The translations under genes and the position numbers were made by a program. This document shows positions 54,844-64,000 of a stretch of 64,000 nt of DNA, in pieces. This DNA comes from Lytechinus pictus (lineage: Eukaryota). Below the pieces are notes generated by a model. That model was not told the origin of the DNA, searched no databases, and saw only the letters and a list, made by a program, of their open reading frames with translations. Every line of letters begins with the position of its first letter. Position 1 is the first letter of the stretch. Location: NCBI RefSeq assembly GCF_037042905.1, contig NC_087252.1:24120001-24184000 (forward strand), read 5' to 3'.

Positions 54844-57789
54844 TTGTTATTGTTTTGTTATGACAGCAATTTTCGAGTTTTTCAAATCTAGATCACTGAT
54901 CTCCCAAAATATATGATGTGAGTTTTCATGCTGGCCTTTGACTCGCCGACAAGCTTGCATGTAATTTGGAGTGAAACATTACTAGGGATATTGTAGGCCT
55001 ACTCATTTCAATCTCAATCATTCTTGTTTACATGTATGTTGTAAAAGGAGAAATACTTCCATTTCTTTATTATCGCCCTCTTCTGCCCATGCCATCTCAT
55101 TCATAACAAGCCTTTATCACAACAATATATATTCAGAAAGATTGATGTTTTTAGCGCCCTCTTGATTCGCAATTGTTAGTCTTAAAAAAAATATTGTATA
55201 CTCTATGTGTATTTCTGGAACTCTACAAATCTATTTGTTTATATTAATGTAAAATTACCTCATGTGCAATTTGAATAAATTATTAATCTTTGGCCAAGTT
55301 GATTTTACCAGAGAAATCTAAGGATATTGTTTACCCGATTTAAGTTTTGTAGAGACAATTGCAGAATAGTGCTGACTCAGGGTTTTTTTTGTGGGGGGGG
55401 GGGGGGTCAAAATTTGTATGTAACCACAGGCCCATTTATGCGCATACATCTTCAAATGAATCTTGCTCCAGATATATTTTTTTTCTTATTGAAACAAACT
55501 TGCTTCTGTGAGAGTTACATTCATAGTTAAGTTCACTCTAAATTCCAAGGATTTAAAATGAATCCAGATCGGTTGTGAATAATGACTAGCCGAATATTGA
55601 ATTATTTTTAAATTCTTAAGGATTATCTTTTTACCCTCAAAAGATTTACATCCCAATTTTTTGTTGTTGATTTATATTTAAGTCAACGAGGTTTAAATCT
55701 AAATCTAATTTTCGGCTGCTCACTATTCCTTGGAATTTAAAATGTACCTGTCCTAAAATTAACCTCTAAAAACATCTTATTTACTCTACTTTGCACTTAG
55801 TTGTTTAACATAACAGAGACACCGAGGCAGAATTAACACAATATCACCTTCATAACAAAGAACCAGTCAATATTATCTACCATAATCCAGTATTATAACG
55901 CATCAACCTCATCCGAACACACAATATGAAAAGGTGTAACACTACCTTGAACAAATCAATATGGTGTTCGGATGAACAAATAGATCGGTTTGTTCCCGAT
56001 ATATCCAGCTGTTGTGTGTTGTTATGGTCAATATTACATGTTTGACCTTTAAGTGACCTCCCAGCTGTTATGGACTTGACCTAGATAGCGGTACAGGTAG
56101 ATATGTAATGTAGTCGAGCGAGGAAGATGTTTATTGTTTTCAATTCTAGTTTTCAGATATATATCTGAATTATGGTTGTCGCTTGAATTTCACTGAAAAT
56201 TACAATGTGAATAAGTCAATAACAATTACATAGGGCCTGGGCCTATACAATTCATCACGTTTTATTTCATTATGTAGGCCCCAATTGTAAACACAAATGA
56301 TACAAGAACTAACTGTAGAAAAATATCATATATAGGCCAAGGGATACTACATGTATATGTAATAGTCCTAAACCATGAAAATGTATACATGTACCGTATG
56401 TTCTTTTGTGTTAGTTTTTGTAATTACATTGTAAATATTCACCCTGTAAATGAATAACCTGCATATATATGTCCATGCATGAATTTTTATTTGTTTTTAT
56501 CAAACCAATTTATGCCATGTATCCAATGAGATAGCTACAAAAATGTGGAATGAACGAATGCCAGTTCTGAATGTGAAAGAACAATTACATCATATTATGT
56601 AATACCGTCTCAGATTTGTTCTGTATGGATATTCATGGCCAAATTTCAATAACAAGCAAAGAGGACTAGTCTAGAATTGAAACACTTATCAACAAACGTA
56701 CTAGAAACTTGTCACTTTGTAGTCATATGCTAATGCTGCACTTCGGTCACAGCTACTGATTGGGTAAAAATGTCTGGAAAATATGTGATGGTTAAAATAG
56801 ACTGCCCGTTTTTTTTAAGAAATAAGTATAATGTTAGAAATGTTAACTGTGGTGTCTGAAATCGTAGACTAGAGTTCATTCAGGGGACAAGGAAAAGTTG
56901 CATGTACATGGACACAGGCAAACATATGAGAAATAAATCAAGAGTGCGCTAGTGTGTGTTTACCATTCACTTGCAGTGGCGCAATGCAGGATTTTAAATG
57001 GGTCCATACGTGTATACACACACACACAAATGTCTATGGCGGCACACAAAATATTGTACATGTGGGACTGCAGAAGCAGAATGGATCCCTTGCCCATGCA
57101 ATTGATATTGTTAGTTTATCTTGTACACATGTATGTAAAAAATTGCTGCTACAACTAAGAACTGGAGGGATATTACATTAGGCTAATGACTGTGGGGTCT
57201 GGATTTTCTTGGAAACTCAGCAATGATGAACTGTAAAATGTATTCCCACATCCCAGGGTCTTCCAAGGATAAAGGGCCCATAAAATTAATGAAGGTCAAT
57301 TAAGTCTTTCGTTCAAATTTAATGATCTAAAGTAGATGGTAAAGTGTCGATTTGATAGAATGGTGGATAATTTGGACACATTGTCATTTGTCAAATGAGA
57401 ATGTATTTAAAATAAGTATTTCAAGGTTATGAAGTTTGGTAGTAAAATGGTGGCGATAATAATAATAGTTGGATGTAGTGGTGCGATGGTGGATTAATGG
57501 TGTTGATGGTGGTAGCACTTGGTAGAATTTATGGTGGTGGTGGTGGTCAGAACCAGGGGGGGGGGGGGAACATCTGGCCCATGGGCCCCCCTTGAGAGCC
57601 ATAGTCAATATTTTTAATGTAAATATGCTGTTCTTACACAAGTGTGCCCCCCTCTTTGAAGTTACAGCATATGGGAATATACAGTTAATACACAAGTGAG
57701 GACCCCCCCCCCCCTTTTTTTTTTTGCTTGTCAAATTTTCCTTGGGAAAATGTGCACCCTCTCCCTTTGGAAAATCCTGGATCCGCCCT

Positions 57790-58025
57790 TGGTGGTGGTA
57801 ATCATGGTGGTGGCACTGATGATGATGGCAGTGGTAGTGATGGTGGGGGTGGTGGTATTAGGCACTGTTGATAGTGGTGGTGATGATGATGATGGTGATG
57901 CTGCTGCTGACAAGTGGCGGTGATGACGATAACATGTGGTGGTAGGGGGACGTTGATGGTGCTGGGTATGACAACTGGTGGTGGTGTTGTTAGTCGTGGT
58001 GATGGAAGTGATGATGGTAATGAAT
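57790..58025. repeat. Imperfect (GGT/GAT)n repeat
   Basis: Direct inspection. Confidence 0.85.
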
Positions 58026-60804
58026 GGTAACGATTTTTTATTTATTTATTTATTTACCACTCGTGGGATTGAACACCCTTTCAACAAATGCTGTTTTTTG
58101 TAGGGATGCCATTGAATTTGACTCAAATGTATCATTAATTACTATACCAAAAGCAGCAATATCTCTTTGATAACTATACCAAATGCAGCACTATCTTTTA
58201 CAAATTTTCAACTCCCATCACAATTTCCCTCTCTCTAAAAGCAGTAATAACATTTAACATTATACGGATCCCAAAATGTACATGCAGCACAAACTCCTAA
58301 AAAATAAAATTAGCCCTTCAATTCTCCCAAAACTAAACCCTTTTCACATTCTCCTACCATCTTGTCTGATGTTACTTGTACCAAAATCTTGTTACCCTAA
58401 AACAAAATCGAACAAGGGGTATATTTTCAGAACCACTCTTCCAAAATAGTTGCTGAAACTAAAGCAAGTGAAAGGAATGAAATCAATACTGCCCTTGTGT
58501 GTTTATGTGTTGGGTTTGTGCGGTTAAACATGTTTTAACTTATGTTGATAGTATTACATGTCCATGTATTATCAAATGATTTCAATTATTAAATTGAATA
58601 TTAAGTTAGCATTTTACTAAATTTGTAATTTCAAATCGGCTTATTTTATCTTTATATATATAAGGGTGGTTATCTCGACAAATCTTGATAGGTTTTTATG
58701 ACCACCTAATTCCAATATTGTATCTTTTTATTGTCATTTGTATCTGTTTAATACTTGTTTTACATGTACCTTACATTTTCTGGCCTTATTATTGTACATT
58801 GTATTTGTTATAACTGTATTCTATACTCTGTATTGATTTTTATTGGAATTGAATAAAACATTGAATTTAATTGAATAATCAAGCTTCTCTAATAATTTAT
58901 AGGGAACGATCCCAAGAGGTGTAGTGAATCTTGTCTGAAAACATGATGCTGCTCATTTTTCTAAACCCAAAATAAAATAAAAAGAAAAACAATTACATGA
59001 GCAAGGGAAAGGAGAATCAATCGAAATACAAAAATAACACCGGATATGGACACTTTGATTTTTAGACAAGATATCAATTCGGATACATCTCTTTTCTTCA
59101 TTTCACCATCTGATTGCCTTGTGGGGAAGCCGAAGGCAGCGGACTATGAAATGATTGCAACCTCGGCAAGGTGGACTAAAAATAGCCACCATTAATAGTC
59201 ACTTCCTATGGCTATGGTGGTTTCAAAGGACAAATAGCTGAATATCAAGTGCTTCATTGACAGGCAGAAAACGGCCAGCTCCGGAAGCAGAGAAAAGTTT
59301 GTTTCCGATCAGAGGAGAAACATTACGATACCAGCCATGATTAGGGAGCAATCTGCTTGTAATGTGATAAATATAAATAATGCAATAAAATATTGAATAG
59401 GTTTTGATATTTCTTAAAGTCAAATCTTGTAATTAATCAATAATGCATGCGTCTTTGGAGCACTTCATGCAAAAGTGAATTTCACTATGTTTAAAGCTGC
59501 TATTAAAACCATTGCAACTGACTGGCCAGAACAGATTTGTCAGAAAAAAATCACTGAGAGATCTTCATGAAATAATTCCCTAATTCATAGGAAAATAGAC
59601 ATGATAGTTATAACATAACTAAAGAAACAATGCTTGAACACTAGGACCAAATGATACAAAATAACACCAAGTGTCTATCACAATTGCAAGCATCGATCGA
59701 CTGGATGCGATCGCGGGCTGTTGTTTTGCCACCGATGTCTGCTACCCCGTATAATTGGCGTAAGGATGGAATCGGTGCGGCGGAGCGTTCATGCCAAAAA
59801 TAACATCAGAGGGAGTCTCAAGGCAATCTTGACCATTACATACTTCCGGCCGGTCAGTCATGTCCAGCGCAATGACAGGTCGATACCAGATTAATTATCT
59901 TCATTCCCAAAGTGGAAGGATAAAGCTAGATTGTTGAAGATCCTTCAAGTGCTTCTATTACACAACCTCCCTTAATCATATTACACAACCACCTTTGGGC
60001 CTAAATTTTGGTATTTTCGGGCAAGGCCAGTTTTCTATAGGACACAATTTAGATTACAGCACAAAATGGGGGCGGGGACTTAAAACTTTAAAAGGGCACA
60101 AAAAATATCCAAAGACAATGAGAGGTCATCTCAGGGGTTTGTTTTCAATTTGTCTAATGCAAATTCATCCAATTACCAACTCGTCTACTATCATTTATTC
60201 TACCATAATTTTGTCCACTATCCACATGGTCTAACTGTCATTTCGTCCACTCACCATTTCCACTGTTCTTTAGGTTAACTACCTTTATGGCCAAGCGATT
60301 GTGTAAAATGGTCAAGTGGCACGGATTCATGTACAAGTAATTTACTTAGCACATACCACACAAATGACTTTATTCACACATTCTATTCATATCTACTACT
60401 GATTGTGTTAAAAAAGTTGATCTTCATCTCTCCCTCTCGACCACCACTCCCCCCATCTTCGTCTCTCCACCCCTTCACTCTTTCCTAATATATTTCTCTC
60501 TCCATCCCTTCCTCTCTCCCTCCTCTTCAAATCTCTCCCTATCTCTCAGAGTATATTTGGTGGTGATTACTACCCCCCCCCCCAAAAAAAAAAGAGAAAA
60601 AAAAGTAAATAGACCAAATAACCTTTCTATCAACAGTGCAAAACAATATTGCCAGGACCCTGTATCATAAAGCTTTTAATAGTGATTGATTGTAAGACAA
60701 TTTTTTATGATTGATCAAACAGAGTAATCAATGCAGTCAATCAATGGTACAGATTCATGATCAATCGCTAAGCTTAATGTTATGGGGGTCCAGCTGTATT
60801 TTAA

Positions 60805-61161
60805 AGATAAATACCAGTTTTAGTAATGATCTCAAAATGATTTCGGACAGAATCCGATGAAATTACCACCAAAGTGATTGTATAATTATAAAATATGTGC
60901 CAAATAGCTCTGGAATGTAATTGGTGAGGAATGAGCATCAAATGTCAGGTATCTTACAAAGCAATATCAATACACTGTCTCATATATGCTTTACTGTGTT
61001 AGTGATCATCAGAATTATTGATTTTGAGCTAAGATTTCATGATTTTTTTAAAGATACATATGTTTACATTAATGTACCAGATCTAGATGTATGACAATTT
61101 CATTTAATTCAAAAGATTTCCTCACAAAATAATTGTTTGATGCAACTACTGTCTTTTACCT
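60805..61161. mobile_element. Degenerate TTAA-flanked element
   Basis: TTAA|AGATAAATACCAGT ... ACTGTCTTTTACCT|TTAA. Confidence 0.55.
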
Positions 61162-62231
61162 TTAATTGCTTTTCATCCCCCAATATACTTGATATTCAAA
61201 ATGCCATGCAACATTAGCTCATAACAGGTAGAACAGTTAAAGAGCATTTTGTTGCTATTTATACAACAAGTTATTAACTTCAGGCAGACAGTTCTCTCTA
61301 TAAATAGACCCAATCACTAGGTCAACGAGATTATATGAATACGCACTTAGAAGAGGTGTATTTGTTTAGCTAGATATCATGGGAGAGTACAATTAACCTT
61401 GCTCTATAAACACACTTTCTTTCTTTTTCCCTCTCCATGCCTATCCCGGGCTTTAAATCTTTAATTCCATAACGGCGCGATGGCTCCCGATAATGTCCAC
61501 CCCCGTCTCGCGCTGGCATACCTGCGGTTCTCTATCTCCCTCCTGCGTTAATTACCGAAACGGGGAGGGCTATTTTGGTACATCCGGCCAGATTTGCTCT
61601 CTGTGCCAGCAGAATTTTGCGCTTGACTCGCCCACAGCTGAAGGAACAGCTGACTGCACAAGTGTCGTCCACCTAAATCAGTCCGGGCAATCAAAATCTT
61701 TGGAGATTCTTGTTTTTCCCCCTCAATAGAAGAGCTGAATGCAGATTTTATGAGGTCAAATTAAATCTGCTTTTGTTTTTCAAATTGGCCATTATTGTCA
61801 ATATTCTCTTCATTTTCAAACCCTAAATTAAAAAAAAAGGTAGATGAAGTAAAATGGTTGAAGTGGTTTATAAATGAAGAGTTGCCAATTTGCCATGGAT
61901 TAATTAATCTGCTGTTTTTGCTCGACAAATTGGCAACAATTCTGAATAATCTATTAATTTTCAAACATTGATTAAAACACATGGGTAGACCAAGTGATTG
62001 GCTAACAAAAAGTTGCCAATTTGATTTTCGTTTAATGATTTCCCTAAATTGAATGGCCTTAAAGTTAATTCAGGAATGGCACAATATGACGTGCTGGAAA
62101 TGGTATCAACATTTTTAGTACCTCTTTCTCCCTCTTATCATATTCCATGTGTAAGTGCTAGCAATAGGATAAATGTTAATAAAGAGGAAAAAAAAAGTGA
62201 TCAATGTGAATCTTCAATTAGTTTCCTCCAG

Positions 62232-62521
62232 GGCCCCGGTCTTACAAAGAGTTACGATTGATCTGATCAATCGCAACTCTTTGGAAATCCATTAATGTCA
62301 ATCTTTTTTTATCTGCAGGAAATTTGCACAATGAATATCGTTAACAAGGAGAAGCACTGAATTTTCAAGAAAATGTGAATGTATGAATACTATACAGCAT
62401 ACATGTATCTAGAAAATATTTTGAACAAACATGTATGCATTTTTTTATTAGATGTTGGTGTTGCCGGCTTTCCATAGTTGTGGTTGATTGGATCAATTGC
62501 AACTCTTTGTAAGACGGGGCC
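62232..62521. mobile_element. MITE, Harbinger-like (CAG TSD), same family
   Basis: Same TIRs, CAG on both sides. Confidence 0.85.
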
Positions 62522-64000
62522 CAGATACTTTTTCCCTACCAGATTAATTAATTATTCAGCCGATTGTGATAAATTCCATCACACATACAAAAATCTCTTT
62601 GCATAATACTGTCCTCCTATTTCTCTTCATCTCCGTTTTTCCTCCTTGACTACCTGCGTTTTCTTGATTAATTCCTTCCGTTGACATTTCTCGCATCCTC
62701 TCTTCATCTTCCCCTCTCTCTCTCTCCCACTCCTTCTCTCTCACAAATTGAATTGTCCAGAGCATGGCATACAGCCCTACATGCAATTTGTGAATGGGCT
62801 GTAAATGGTTTCCGGATTCAAATTGATTCGCCTCCGACGGACGAGCCGGTGTGTTTCTATTTTGGGGGGCTGGCCGTCGATGAATTATGAATGCGATTAA
62901 ATCCATCTCCCAAACCAACTAATGAAAGTGGATGGAGATTGAGAAAGAGAGAGAGAAATAGCAGAGATAACAGAACAGGTAGAGACTAGAAGCCATGTGA
63001 AGGAATGCAAAAGGCTAATATTTATTAACCTATACTGTAGTTACATGTAAAGGAATTGATTTATTGTATGAAAAATTACCTTTTTATTTCACCAAAAACA
63101 AAATTAAAGTGACAGACTTTCTACTGTATTAGGGTGACCTGAAGAGAACGGTGACAAAATATTTGCTCCTGTGGCAATTGCTCTAGGCTTAATTTTGTCT
63201 AAGATGTAGGGTTAGGGTTTTATGTTGGGTTTAGGGTAGGGTATCGTGTTAAACCCAGGGTTGGAGTTTGTCATTCGATTAGTGTGCAGAATTTAGAGCG
63301 GAGTAATTGTCGCCGGAGACAATGTCTGTGTAAGGCGCCTTCAAAAAAGGCAATTCAACAACTTGACCTCATTCCTAGTTCCCGCTGTCACCATTTCGCG
63401 CCAAAATAAATCGTGGAGTAATCGTAATAATCGTGAGGTGAGTTGTGGCAATCATGTTGACGGTAGAAAAGTAAAAAGTTTGGACGGATCAAACAAGTTT
63501 GCGATCAGCTACAAAAGGCCAATCGTAAAAAATCGCATGACATTGGGAACAAGGGATCGAAGACCACTTTTCTTGTAGACGATAGTGTTTGAATATAAAT
63601 TGTAATTTCTGTTCATGTTAGATATGTTGCATATATTCTATCACTATAGTGTTTGAATATCGCATTTTCTAGATCAATTTTCTATCCAGGTAAGGAATGC
63701 TTTTAATTTTTTTGAGTAATGTTCTTTATTAATACATGATAGAATTTTGAAAATCCTAAAGCAGTGGAGTAAAGTCATCAAAGAGAGGGAAAGTGAGAGA
63801 AAAACGAAAGAAAGAAAGAGATAGATAGAGACCAAGTTCATGAGAGCAATCGAAGAAAGAGGATTTGTGAAAAAGAAAAATGTCCAGCAAGAGATATTGT
63901 TCAATCAATTCTGGCCATGGAATACTTAGTGAAGGCCTTTATTTTTAGCATGGACAACACTAGTGTAATAAATGCTTTGATCTCCACACAGAAGTACATC

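Noticed and set aside
63205..63262. TTAGGG-like repeats as an interstitial telomere
   Set aside because: Only a few degenerate units inside a small MITE-like element

Overview
AT-rich, repeat-dense eukaryotic (marine invertebrate, probably echinoid-like; inferred, not proven) genomic DNA. The main feature is a minus-strand class-1 DYRK kinase gene (DYRK1A/minibrain ortholog). I traced 10 coding exons between 45645 and 18687, all with GT-AG splice sites and a continuous frame (753 aa from the first in-frame ATG at 45595), plus a probable ~7.6-kb 3' UTR ending near 11090. A second minus-strand gene appears to start at 5287 with a signal-peptide-like first exon. The rest is non-autonomous DNA transposons/MITEs (TTAA-, 3-bp- and 4-bp-TSD families), Helentron-type satellite-carrying elements, tRNA-derived SINEs and micro/minisatellites. 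Two observations stand out. (1) A hidden 50-codon ATG-initiated exon in the 15-kb kinase intron (39855-40004) encodes a divergent copy of the Gly-rich loop and ends in the same phase as the canonical exon, so it could give an alternative DYRK1 isoform. (2) Tandem, decaying 'echo' copies of exon-intron junctions sit beside five of the DYRK1 exons.
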